A DNA stretch of 64,000 nt from an uncultured Gemmatimonadales bacterium (GTDB lineage: Bacteria; Gemmatimonadota; Gemmatimonadetes; Gemmatimonadales; GWC2-71-9). A program made the translations under genes and the position numbers. The stretch covers positions 416,001 through 480,000 of the forward strand of contig CAVVKJ010000010.1 in assembly GCA_963748815.1 (NCBI GenBank). Direction: 5' to 3'. This document shows positions 7,850-18,293 of this stretch, piece after piece. Position 1 is the stretch's first letter. Every line of letters begins with the position of its first letter. The notes beneath the pieces were generated by a model. That model saw nothing but the letters and a program-made list of their open reading frames with translations. It searched no databases and was not told the origin of the DNA.

Positions 7850-10054
7850 TCACCGTGCCTGATACTTCGCAGCCAGCCGCCGGGCGGTCTCCACCGCATC
7901 CCCCGTCGGCTCCGTCGGAAACGTGCCGGTCTCGTTCGACCACTCCTGTTCCCACGCGCACATCTCCGCCGCAAACGGCGCCCGGTCGAACGGCTTCCCC
8001 GTCGTGACCGACCGGTTGAGCAGCTCGAAGAACGCCTCCCAGCGCGGCAGGTAGTACGACGTGAACATCCCCTCCCATTCCTTGAACGCATACAGGTTCA
8101 GGTCGTCGTTCTGCCCCTCGGTGCACTTAGTGCCCCAGAGGGTGATGATGTTCCGCGCGTTCCACTCGTAGAGGCGCCGCTCCTCGGCGTTGGTGCCCCA
8201 CCGCCGTGCGTCGGCCAGCCACACCCCGAGCAGGAACTCCCGGCGAGTGCCGACGAGCGTGTTCAGGTCCCGGAGCAGGTCGAGGGCCCGCGCTTCCGCC
8301 GCCTGGAGCGCCGGCAGGTCCTTGCGGTCATACGCGGCCTGCACGTCGTTGATGAACGGCAGGCCCAGCTCACCCAGCACCTGGCGGGCGAGGTTCACGA
8401 CGTCGTAGCGGTAGGCGTCGCTGCGGCCGAGCGCAGGCGCCGCGGCGAGCAGCGAGTCGAGCGCGTCCGCCAGGAGACGCGGGTCGTACGGCGGGATCGG
8501 TTCCGACCGGTACCGGGTGCCCTTCTCGTAGAACTGCGGGCGTTCGGCGAGGAAGTTCCCCGTCTGTGCGCCCGCGCGATACGCCGTAGCCAGCAGCAGC
8601 TGCCAGGCGTGCCCTGCCTGCGCGTTCGGCGCGCCGTAGCGCCGCGCGACGTAGCCCTCGGTCCACCGCTCCAGCGACGGCACGCTGTCGAGCCAGGTCT
8701 GGCCCATGACGAAGTCGGGCACGATCGGATTGGTACCGAGCCCTTCCATGGTCATCCCGAGCCCGATCAGGTCACCCTTCTCGGGACTGCGAAGCACGCT
8801 GTCGAGATTGGCGGCGATTCTCGGCAGGTCGCCGTTCATGCTCACCTTGCCGCCGAAATTGTACAGGACGTTCCAGACCCACGGCTTGCCGTAGAACCCT
8901 TCCCTGGCCTTCCACACCGGGTAGCGGTCGCCCCAGAGGTCGAGCACCACCATGCGGTCGTCCGGCACGGCGCCCATCATGGCGCGGGCCTGCGGGGCCC
9001 GCCAGAACTTGGCCTGGTAGTAGAGGAACCACCCCTGCAGGACCCACGTCGCCTTGGGGTCCGCCGCTGCCATCGCGCCGTAGATGGCCGTCCCCATCCC
9101 CGCCAGGAAGGTGGAATCATCGGACGGCGGGTCGATCTCGTTGAAGGGATCGGCGGCGTAGAGGTGGTCGGTTCCGAAGATTTCGGTCTGCGCCTCGACG
9201 AAGCGCCGGCCGAAGCGCTGGAAGAGCGAATCGGTCGGGTCGAGGAACCAGGTGCCGCTGAAACCGGCCGACCAGTCCCCGGTCTGGTGAATTCGGGCGG
9301 CAGGATGGATCGTCGTGATGGACTCCGGCACATGCCCGGTGAACCCCTGGAGCACCGGGGTCATGCCCAGCGCGCGCTCGCGCGCGAGGATCCGGCGTTC
9401 GAGGCCGATGTGGCTGTCGATCCAGGAATCGGGGAGCGGTCCACCCAGGCCGTCGATGTTCCCCATCCACCCCCAGGGGAGGTAGGCGGGGCCCACGAGG
9501 AACTCGCCGACCTGGCTCCGGCTGAACCCGAACTCCTGCAGCACCTGCCGCCACACCGCCTCCTGCCCCGTCACCGCCAGCGGCGCGTTGACCCCCTTGA
9601 GCGCCATCCAGTCGATCATTCGCTGCCAGTCGGACCAGTCCCACCAGGCCATGGAGTAGGAGAAGGTGCAGTAGTTGAAGAAGTAGCGGATGCGGTAGCG
9701 GGTGGTTTGCCGCACCCGGGCCGGCACCGGCGGGAGGGCCTCCAGGATGATCGGCTGGAGCGGGAGGGAGACGCCCACGCCGGCCACCTGCTCGAGGTAC
9801 CAGTTGAGCGCCGAGGCGAGGGCCACACCCGAGGAGCCGCGGAGGACCACGTGCCCTGGCGCCTGGTCGACTTCGAAGACGTCGAGCCCCGCGCTGTCGG
9901 GAATCACCTCGAGCTGGAAGCCCTGGGCGCGGCCGGGAAGCACCCGGTCGATCAGCTCGGCGATGGCCGGAAGATCGACCGAGTCGCGGGAAGCCACGCT
10001 CGGGGCGACGGTTGTCCCCGCGAACATGCCGGTGAGAAGCAGCATTGCGATCAT
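7850..10054 (-). CDS. Alpha-N-acetylglucosaminidase (GH89, NAGLU-like), exported
   Basis: RYFFNYCTFSYSMAWWDW..IDWMALKGVN, WGWMGNIDG, DPFNE, GMTMEG, NARNIITLWG; signal peptide; TGATG overlap with upstream gene. Confidence 0.93.
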   Translation of the reverse strand: MIAMLLLTGMFAGTTVAPSVASRDSVDLPAIAELIDRVLPGRAQGFQLEVIPDSAGLDVFEVDQAPGHVVLRGSSGVALASALNWYLEQVAGVGVSLPLQPIILEALPPVPARVRQTTRYRIRYFFNYCTFSYSMAWWDWSDWQRMIDWMALKGVNAPLAVTGQEAVWRQVLQEFGFSRSQVGEFLVGPAYLPWGWMGNIDGLGGPLPDSWIDSHIGLERRILARERALGMTPVLQGFTGHVPESITTIHPAARIHQTGDWSAGFSGTWFLDPTDSLFQRFGRRFVEAQTEIFGTDHLYAADPFNEIDPPSDDSTFLAGMGTAIYGAMAAADPKATWVLQGWFLYYQAKFWRAPQARAMMGAVPDDRMVVLDLWGDRYPVWKAREGFYGKPWVWNVLYNFGGKVSMNGDLPRIAANLDSVLRSPEKGDLIGLGMTMEGLGTNPIVPDFVMGQTWLDSVPSLERWTEGYVARRYGAPNAQAGHAWQLLLATAYRAGAQTGNFLAERPQFYEKGTRYRSEPIPPYDPRLLADALDSLLAAAPALGRSDAYRYDVVNLARQVLGELGLPFINDVQAAYDRKDLPALQAAEARALDLLRDLNTLVGTRREFLLGVWLADARRWGTNAEERRLYEWNARNIITLWGTKCTEGQNDDLNLYAFKEWEGMFTSYYLPRWEAFFELLNRSVTTGKPFDRAPFAAEMCAWEQEWSNETGTFPTEPTGDAVETARRLAAKYQAR

Positions 10055-13000
10055 CAGATTACCCGCCGCAACCGCCGCCCCATCCACCGCTGCGTGCTGG
10101 TGCCGGGAGGCAGGTACTGCTCGAGTTCCTCTGGACTCTTGACCCAGGTGACGAAGCCCCACTCGGCAAAGAAATCAGGCCAGCCGATCAGGCTCCAGTC
10201 TCCCGAGAGGACGTACACCGTCTCCCCGTCGAGCACCGCGCTCCGATAATCCTTGTTGAGCGACCCGACGGTCAGGTAGGACACGTTCCGGGCGCGCACG
10301 GCCGGCGGGAGGGCGTTCAGCGCCGTCGCCAGGCGGCGGAACGACGTGATCTCCGGGCGGTCCTCGATCGGGACATGGCTCACGGAATCGGTGAAGGGGA
10401 CCTGGAGCTGCGTCGACCAGTCCTTCAGGAACCCGGACATTTCCGGGCTCCGCGCGATCTCGTCGAGCGCCTCGCGGGTGCCGAAGAACTGGGTCTTCCG
10501 GTGAATCGTGACGGCGCGCTCGAATTCGTCCTGAAGCAGCTGGTTGGAAGGGAGGTCCAGCTTGGAGAGTGAATCCGCCAGGCGCTGCACCCCCGCATAG
10601 ACCTCCGGCCCGAAAGGATACTCTTCCTTCAGGAACGGATACTTCTCGTAGTTGCGGGCGACTTCCTCCGCCGCGCCGGCGATGTCGCCGACCGGCGACT
10701 GCCGGGTGTACACCCCGACGTGGAGCGCCCCGCCGGTGGCCTCGATCTCCGGTTCGAGCATCTCGTAGACCAGGGCGAGCCGGGCGTAAGTCTCCTGCAT
10801 CCGCGACATTGTGAAGGTGGCCGCGCTCGGCGCGTGCCCCACGGCCGGCGCCACGACATAGACATGACAGCCGCGCATGGCCGCGGCCACCAGCTGGCCG
10901 GCCCAGAGGAAGTTGGTCCAGATCGAGTCGGGAATGTACAGCACGCTCCCCGGGGGCATCAAGTTGTAGAGCGCCATGTGGACGATGCTGGCGTCCTTGC
11001 GGGCCCACCCCGTCAGGTTGTGAAGGTTCATGCCCCGGGCCACGGCCCCGCGGGCCTCGAGCGCGGCCACGAGCGAGTCGTAGTTGGCCGGTTTCGGCTG
11101 CGGCTGAAGCGGCGCCGGGATCTCGGCCTCCGTGAACCCCTGCTGCAGCAGCAGGAGCCGCGCCTCGTGCTTCAGTTCCAGGAGCGACGACCCGCTCACG
11201 AGGATGGCGCGATCCTCCCAGGTCGGCGTCGCGTAGTGTTCCCCGATCCCCACGCCGGTGAAGATGGCTTCCCCGCTGGCCGGGTCCGCCTCGGTGATGT
11301 CGCGGAACGCGAGCTTGCGGTGGTCCCGGATCAGGTTGTCGGGCGCGAACGGCAGCCCGAGCAGGTGGCTGGACCGGAACGAAAGGTCCGACGGGTTGGT
11401 GATGCTGACATGCACGCGAATCGTCTGCCGCAGCCATGCGCCTGGGTCGGGGTGGCGGGCCGCGTCGGCCTGCAGGCGGGAGGCGCCGGCCACGGCAGCG
11501 CGGAGGCTGTCCTGGCTGGCGCGCATCGCCGCCTGCATCGGACCGACAGCGAATCGTCGCCCGGAAGTGAGAAGGGGGCGCCCGTCGGGTCGTCGAGCAC
11601 GCCGAGGAACATCTTCCCCTTGTTGGCCTCGTAGTAGTTCTGGTCGAGGAAGATCATGTAGGTCGGGAAGACGCCTGTCCGTTCGTACTCCTCCACCTTC
11701 CGGCGCAGGTTCTTCATGTACCCATGGAGGGTCATGGCGAAGGCGACCTTGTCCGGTCGCCCCTCGGGGGTCACGCCGCGGTAGTCGTGGATCCAGAGCA
11801 CGTGATATCGCTCGGTCTGCGCGATCATCCGCGAGAGCTCGAACTGGAACTGCTGCCCCGATAGGTAGGCGGCGGCGTTGTCGTCGGTGAACTCCTGCTT
11901 CACCAGGCGTTCGATGATGGCGTCGATCTCGCCCTGCTCGTCGTGCTGGTCGGGCCGGAGGGCCAGCTGCATCGGCAGCCAGATCAGCCGCGTGTCGTTG
12001 GTGCTGTCCAGGGAATACTCGGCCCGCAGGCGGTCGAGCACCGCCACCCACCGGTCGAACACCGCCAGCACCGCTCTGCGCTGCGTGGGCGAGAGCGCCG
12101 CCTGCCCGCCCAGCCACTCCTGAAACTGGTCGTGCGCCGCGGCGCCGAGGCCGAGCAGGGAGTTGTGATCCTTGTATTGGCCGAAGACCCGGTCGTAGGG
12201 AAGGATGACCCGGTCGAGGACGATGGCCTCCGCCTGGCGGGCGAGCGGCCGACCGAGCGTGGTGTCGGGGTGCCCGCCCGTGATCGCGGCGCCAAACGCG
12301 GCGTCGAGGGCGCGGTGATAGCTGGCCTCGGTGGTGGCGTAGCTCGGCGCAGGGGTGTTGGGTGGCACGGGCGCGTTGAAGATGGCCTTGACCTCCATCG
12401 CACGGGCCCGGCCGCGCTCCAGCGATTTCTCGTAGCTGCCTCCCTCGTCATCGAAGAAGAAGGAGCTGAACTTCAGGAGCTGTGTTCCGCGCAGGTACAC
12501 CCGCGCCATCAGGGAATCGAGGACCGCCGGGGCGACCCGTTGCTCCACGAGCGCCGGCGCCGGCTTGGGGAGGTCGACCTCCAGCTTGTATTGCCGGGTC
12601 TTCCCGATGTAGGGCTGGAAAATCGGCATGCGGAACCCGATCTCGAAGCTCTGGGCTCGCGCCGGGATCCAGTCGAGGCGCACCTCGGTGCCACGATGGA
12701 AAAACCCGCCGCGCGTGGTCGGGAACATGGCCGACAGGATGAAATCGGCCTGGTCGAAGCTGATGCTGTAGTCCACGCCGGCGGCGACCCAGATGACCGG
12801 GATGGCGAGCAGCAGCCGCCCTCCCCCGTTCGCCCCTGCCGCGGTCCCGCCGAAGTAGGCCTCGCCCCGAAGCGCCGGACCGCCGAGGATCGGGTTCATC
12901 AGTTCCTTGTGGATGCCGACGAGGCCCTGACCACCGACGTCGGTGCCGGTCTCCGTGTTGCTGACGAGGAGCGACGCTCCGATGTAGGGCTTCCAGGTGG

Positions 13001-13109
13001 AGGGGAAGCCCATCGACTTGACCGGGGCGGGCAGACTGTCCTGGGCGGACAGGGTGGGCAGGGGGACGGCGAGTGCCAGCAACGTCAGCCAAGCGCTCGC
13101 TCTGTTCAT
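10054..13109 (-). CDS. Large secreted phospholipase D/cardiolipin-synthase-like protein with N-terminal beta-rich region (frameshift near 11540)
   Basis: ORFs 11331-13118 and 10054-12117 join at ..PGDDSLSV/PMQAAMR..; HRKLAFRD (HKD), IHRKTQ, VGSLNKDYRS..DGE; Sec signal peptide. Confidence 0.7.
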
Positions 13110-13253
13110 GGTGGGCATCTACCGAGTGGACGCAGGGTGGCGGGTGCACGGGCGGCGAGGAGCGCGGAGGCGGTCAGCCCCGCGGCGACGGCAGCACCAG
13201 GAAGAATGTCCTGCAAGCTACGATTCGCGGGCAGTGAGAGCAATGCACCCTGT

Positions 13254-13347
13254 CAACGACGAGCGCCTCGCGCACAGCAGATGTGCGTGAGGCGCCCGAC
13301 ACCAACGACGGAGCGCCTCACGCGAGAAGCTTCGCATGAGGCGCCCG
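13254..13347. repeat. Two tandem 45-bp hairpin units (period 49), terminator-like for the upstream minus-strand gene
   Basis: caacgac-gagcgcctcgcgca..tgcgtgaggcgcccg and caacgacggagcgcctcacgcg..cgcatgaggcgcccg. Confidence 0.75.
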
Positions 13348-13368
13348 GTTTGTGAACTGCTGCGCCGC

Positions 13369-14067
13369 TCAGGGCGTGACGGTCAAGATCAGGACCGCGG
13401 AGTCATCCCCAACCGATCCGGTTCCCGAAACGGTGATGTCATAGACGCCCGGCGGCGTGGCCGCGCCGACCGTGATCGTCAGCGTCGAATTGACTCCAGT
13501 GGGAGCCACCGGGTCGAAGGTCCAGGTGACGCCGGCCGGGGCGCCACTCAGCCCCAGGGTGACCGCCCCGGTGAAGTCGGTCCGGGTGATGATCACCCCC
13601 GAGCCGTTGGAGTTGCCCTGGGCAATCGTGAGTTCCGAGGGGGCGAGCGACAGCGAGAAGCTCGGCGGCGGGTCCGCCACGGTGAGGGCCAGCTGCCGCG
13701 AGCGGTCTCCGATGGAGGCAGCGCCCCGGACGGCCATGTTGTAGTTGCCCGGGGCGGTGGTGCCGCCGACGGTGAGGGTGACGGTGGAGGTCGTCCCGGC
13801 GGTGATGACCGGATCGAAGCTGGCCGTCACCCCGATGGGGGCGCCGCTCAGGCTCAGGGTCACATCGCCGCCGAAGTCGGTGCGGTTGATCGTGACCGTC
13901 GCGACATCCTGCGCGCCCGGCACGATGGAGAGCGTCGCGGGCGCCAGGGTGATCGTGTAGTCGGGGGTGGTACCGGTCCCGCCAGAATCGCTGCAACCGG
14001 CCACCAGCGCGAACCCCGCGAGGAGGGTCAACCACCGCTGCGGGCGTAGGAATGAGGCTGGGGTCAT
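13369..14067 (-). CDS. Lipoprotein with two tandem ~100-aa Ig-like repeats
   Basis: Lipobox LVAGC; internal repeat LAP..RTDF.G.VTL.LSGAP.GVT..FDP..T.TVG..T.PG.Y. Confidence 0.8.
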   Translation of the reverse strand: MTPASFLRPQRWLTLLAGFALVAGCSDSGGTGTTPDYTITLAPATLSIVPGAQDVATVTINRTDFGGDVTLSLSGAPIGVTASFDPVITAGTTSTVTLTVGGTTAPGNYNMAVRGAASIGDRSRQLALTVADPPPSFSLSLAPSELTIAQGNSNGSGVIITRTDFTGAVTLGLSGAPAGVTWTFDPVAPTGVNSTLTITVGAATPPGVYDITVSGTGSVGDDSAVLILTVTP

Positions 14068-14219
14068 CGTCGCCCTCCGGGCGTAGGGGTTGGGCAGCCG
14101 CATGGGCAGCGCAGCGGCTGAAAGATAAGACGCCTGTGCCCTAATCGCTTGTACACCCGGCGATACACTCCGCGGATGGTGACTTGACACCCCGCCCCCC
14201 GGGACCGCGTATTACCGGA

Positions 14220-16071
14220 ATGCTCCCCCGCCCCGGTCTGCGGCGCCATCGTCGCATCTCCCTTCTGCTTCTCCTGTCCATCCCCACCCTGCCTGCCCTG
14301 CTCTCGGCGCAGCGGCCGCTCAACCTCGGGTTCGAGATGCCGAGCGTCGCCTACGCCGACCGGCCATGGGGGTGGTCCCTGGGCTGGTCGGCGTTCACCG
14401 GCACCGGTGCTGCCACCTACACCCTCGACCCCGCCGTGTTTGTGGAAGGCGCGCGCAGCCTCCGGATCACCGCGGCCGATTCCGGGGCCGAGCCGCCCGC
14501 CCGGGAACTGATGCTGCAGCTGCCCGCCGGGTTTGCGCGAGGGAAGGAACTCCGCCTTGGCGGACGGATCCGAACCACCGGTCTCACTGGCCGGGCGGTC
14601 CTGACCCTCGCCGCCTGGGGCGATCGGGTCGTGCCCGCGGCCGATTCCGGGGTGATCCCCGGCGGCGTTCCCGAAGGGGCCTGGCACCCCGTTGACCTTC
14701 GGATTCAGGTTCCCGCGGACCCGTCCATTCACTCCATCGTCATCGCCGTCGGAATCCGGGGCTCCGGCTCGGCCTGGTTCGATGGCTTGTCGCTGCGGGT
14801 GGACGGAACGCAGTTCCTCTCGCTCCCGTCAGACCTGCCACCGCCGTCACCGGCGGACCTCAGCTGGCTCGCCGCCCACACCGCGCCCCTGGACAGCGCC
14901 GGCCTCTCCCTCTTCGACCGGATCGTCGGGTCGGCGCGCCTGGTCGGACTCGGCGAGTCCACGCATGGGACCAGCGAGTTCTTCACGGTGAAGCACCGCC
15001 TGCTGGAGCACTTGGTGCGCACCAGAGGTTTCGACGTCTTTGCGATCGAGGCGAACCAGCTGGCCGTCGAGTCCCTCAACGCGTACGTGGCAGGAGGGGC
15101 GGGAACGGCGCGCGAGGCGATGCGCGTGATGTTCCGGGTCTGGAATACCGAGGAGATGGAGGAGCTGGTGGCGTGGATGCGCCGGTACAACGCCGACCAT
15201 CCGACCCGGCCGGTCCGGTTCATCGGGTATGACATGCAGGAGCAGCGCCAGCCGGCGGATTCGCTGGCGGCCTTCCTGGGCCGCCGCGATCCGGAGCTGC
15301 TGCCCCGCTTCGAGGCGCTCACAGGCGAGTACCGCACGCAACCGTCGTACTTCACCCCGCAGGCCGCGGACACCACGCGCCGGCGGTGGGCCACCGACGG
15401 TGATGCGCTCGCGAGCGAGATCGCGGCCCGTCGGGCGTCGTGGCTGGCCAGTGCCGTGAGCCGAGGCGACACGGTCGAGGTGGAATGGGCGGTGCACGAG
15501 GCCGACCTGTTCCGCCAGGCGGCGCGCCTCAATGCCTCGCTGTACTCGCCGGACCGGGACAGTCTGATGGCCGCGAACCTGGCCTGGGCCATCCGGACCC
15601 TCTATCCTGGGTCGGGCGTGGTGGTCTGGGCCCACGACGTGCACGTCAGCCACGGTGGGCGATCCGGCGCGGAGCTTCAACGGGGGCGCGCAGATGGGGG
15701 CGTACCTGAAGCACCAGTACGCCCTCGACTACGTGGCGTTCAGTCTGCTGACGGCGGAAGGGGAATACAGCGCCACGCGGAGTTTCACGGACCACGAGAT
15801 GATCGTTGCCGCGGCGTTTCCCGCGCCGGCAGGCAGCCTCGAGGGTGCGCTGGCGACCCTCCCGATCCCGGTCGGAAGTCCGGGACTCGTCGTGGACCTC
15901 CGGATGCCGGCCGACGATGCCGAGGCCGCCTGGCTGTGGCAGCCGCGGCCGGTGCGACACATCGGTTACGCGGCATACGACTACGGATTCGACCTGCTGG
16001 GCGTCATGCCGCTCGAGTTCGACGGCGTGGTGTTCATCAAGGAGACGACGGCGTCCCGGCTCCTGCGGTGA
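14220..16071 (+). CDS. Erythromycin esterase family protein, exported (frameshift near 15657)
   Basis: VGLGESTHGTSEF, FAIEA, VWNTEE, IGYDMQ, RDSLMAANL, VWAHDVHV; continues in ORF 15655-16071 (MGAYL..FDGVVFI). Confidence 0.88.
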
Positions 16072-16537
16072 GTGCGCCGCCCCGCAATTGTTTCTCGTAC
16101 TCCGCCGACGGGAAGTGGCCCCGCGACCGGGCGATCAACCCTTCGGGGGAAAAGGTCCACTGCTCGTACCCGCTGATCCAGACCGGGTTCCCGCTGCCAC
16201 CGGGGCCGCTGTTGGTGCCCGTCAGCGTCCAGAAATACTCGGCGCCGCCCCCGACCAGCTTCACCGAGTCCATGAAGAGCGCCATGTCAGGGAGCGCCGT
16301 CATGAATCCCTGGGCCGCCGTGATGATGGCCTCCCGCCCGGCGGCAGGCGACCCGTCATTGATCGTCAGCGAACCATCCTCCGCGTAGAACGCCGCCACG
16401 CTGGCGGGGTCCTGGCTCCCCCACGCGGCGGTGTAGCGCGCGGCGAGGTCCTGCAGCGCCGCGTATTCCATCGGCCGGTCGGTCGTGGCGCAGGCGGCGA
16501 GTGCGCAGAGGAGGGTGACGCGGATCAGGACTCGCAT
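16037..16537 (-). CDS. SnoaL/NTF2-like lipoprotein
   Basis: Lipobox LAAC; YTAAW..FYAEDG..GREAI..WTLTGTN..GYEQW..GHF. Confidence 0.8.
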   Translation of the reverse strand: MRVLIRVTLLCALAACATTDRPMEYAALQDLAARYTAAWGSQDPASVAAFYAEDGSLTINDGSPAAGREAIITAAQGFMTALPDMALFMDSVKLVGGGAEYFWTLTGTNSGPGGSGNPVWISGYEQWTFSPEGLIARSRGHFPSAEYEKQLRGGALTAGAGTPSSP

Positions 16538-17604
16538 GTCGGCTCACATCGCTGGCCCAGGCGCAGGATGGCATTGCCGAGCCCGGTGAAGTAGATCATC
16601 TGGTGCGGTCCGAGAATGACGCCCGTCATGAGACCGGGCAACGGCTCCCAGAGGGCTGGCGTCATCAGCTCCAGGCGCGGTATGCCGGCGTCCATCCGGC
16701 GAATGAACTCGGCGGAGAGCGCCGCCTGCTCCGGCGTCTGGCTCTGGAAGACGGATTCGTAGTGTCCCGATTCGGGATCGACCACGATCAGTTCGTTCCG
16801 CGCCGGGAGCGCCACCCAGAGCATGCCCTGGGCATCCAGCTCCAGGTTGTCCGGCACCGGAATCTCGAGCAGCGTCGACTGGTGGCCGAGCTGGCTGGTC
16901 GCGGTGTCGAAGTCGAATTGCAGGATCCGATTCCCCACCGATTCCGCCACGTAGAGCTTCCCGCGGGCGTGGTCCACGACGAGCCCGTTGGCGAAGCGCA
17001 GGCCGTCCACGAGGAGTTCCGGTTCCCCGAACTTCCCGTCCGCCCACGGCAGCCTCCAGAGCGACCCGTCCCCCTCGGGAAAGTCGACCGCCGCGAACAT
17101 GCGCGCCTCGCCGTCCTGCGGCGTGTTCCTCGTGCTCTGGGTGAACCAGATCGTGCCGTGCGCATCGCGGACCGCGGTGTTGACGCCAAAGGAATGCTGG
17201 TAGACCAGTTCCGCCTGGCCGGTCGCAATCTCGACCCGGTAAATCCCGCCTCCCAGGACATCGGCCAGCACCAGGTGGGTGCCGGCCGGCTCGAGCGACA
17301 CCCCGTTGATGGCCCCCGCGTGCACCGGAGGATTGTTCAGGTAGCCGGCGTCGGCCAGGTTGCCGAACGGCGCGCTGTGGCCATCCGGCTCGACCAGGCG
17401 CAGGCCGGACACCTGGTCGGAGACAATCAGGCGGCCGTCCGGCAGTGCGACGCCGTCTTCCGGGCGGACCAGCGAGCGGTCGGCGGGATAGACCATCGAC
17501 GGCGCGAAGGTCCACTGCGGAGGCGGGGGCGTCGTCGGCTTTTCCGTCGGCGGGGCGCAGCCGACGAGCAGGCCGAGGAGCACGGCATGGGTCATGGATC
17601 GCAT
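16525..17604 (-). CDS. SMP-30/gluconolactonase/strictosidine-synthase-like beta-propeller lipoprotein
   Basis: RPEDG, FANGL, LYVAES, PDNL..D..G.LWVA; lipobox LVGC. Confidence 0.82.
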   Translation of the reverse strand: MRSMTHAVLLGLLVGCAPPTEKPTTPPPPQWTFAPSMVYPADRSLVRPEDGVALPDGRLIVSDQVSGLRLVEPDGHSAPFGNLADAGYLNNPPVHAGAINGVSLEPAGTHLVLADVLGGGIYRVEIATGQAELVYQHSFGVNTAVRDAHGTIWFTQSTRNTPQDGEARMFAAVDFPEGDGSLWRLPWADGKFGEPELLVDGLRFANGLVVDHARGKLYVAESVGNRILQFDFDTATSQLGHQSTLLEIPVPDNLELDAQGMLWVALPARNELIVVDPESGHYESVFQSQTPEQAALSAEFIRRMDAGIPRLELMTPALWEPLPGLMTGVILGPHQMIYFTGLGNAILRLGQRCEPTCES

Positions 17605-17681
17605 CAGTGTCTCCTGAACGAGCTTGCTTCGTTGGCCACTCGCCGGCCCGCCACGCAATGTCGGATGGCGTCCGCCCCGGG

Positions 17682-18293
17682 TTACGCCTTCAGCGCCGCG
17701 ACGAGCGCCCTGAACGCCCGACCCCGGTGGCTCACCCCGTCCTTCTCCTCGTCGGTGGCCTCCCCGAAGCTCTTGCCGAGGTCGGTCGAGAAGAAATGGG
17801 GGTCGTAGCCAAAGCCCGCGCTGCCCGCCGGCGCCTCGAGGATGCGCCCGGCGCATTCCCCTTCGAACACCTCCGGCATGGCGCCGTACTTCCGGAACAG
17901 CACCAGCGCGCAGCGGTACCGCGCCATGCGCTTGAGTTCCGGCGCCCCGGCGAGTCGCCGGACCAGTTCGGCGTTGTTGGCGGCGTCGACCTCCTCGGCC
18001 GTCCCGCTCGCGCCGGCCCACCGTTTGGAGCGGGTGCCCGGCGCGCCCCCGAGGTAGAACACCTCGAGCCCGGAGTCGTCCGCCACCGTCGGGAGTCCCG
18101 ATCGCTTGGCGAAATGCTCCGCCTTGGCCAGGGCGTTGGCGCGGAAGCTGTCTGCGCTTTCGAGGAGGTCTTCGGCGGCGTCTTCGAAGAGGTTGAGGTC
18201 TTCCGGGAAGACGAGCTCGAGCCCGGCGTCGGCCAGCAATCGCTTCACTTCGCGCTGTTTCCCGGCGCTCCGGGTGGCGACCAGCAGTTTCAC
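17682..18293 (-). CDS. rdgB: Non-canonical purine NTP pyrophosphatase (Ham1/RdgB)
   Basis: LVATRSAGK, NALAKA, ADDSGLEV, GFGYDP, SHRGRA; GTGA overlap with rph. Confidence 0.95.
   Translation of the reverse strand: MKLLVATRSAGKQREVKRLLADAGLELVFPEDLNLFEDAAEDLLESADSFRANALAKAEHFAKRSGLPTVADDSGLEVFYLGGAPGTRSKRWAGASGTAEEVDAANNAELVRRLAGAPELKRMARYRCALVLFRKYGAMPEVFEGECAGRILEAPAGSAGFGYDPHFFSTDLGKSFGEATDEEKDGVSHRGRAFRALVAALKA

Noticed and set aside
5911..7993. 117-bp repeat at a gene 3' end as a DGR template/variable repeat pair
   Set aside because: Mismatches are not adenine-specific in the non-coding copy, flanks show synonymous divergence, and no reverse transcriptase is in the window.
13254..13347. 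Tandem repeats as a CRISPR array
   Set aside because: Only two units with a 4-bp gap, no spacers and no cas genes.
14220..16071. Erythromycin esterase as a true macrolide resistance gene
   Set aside because: Family membership only. The signal peptide and extra N-terminal domain differ from EreA/EreB, and there is no mobile context.
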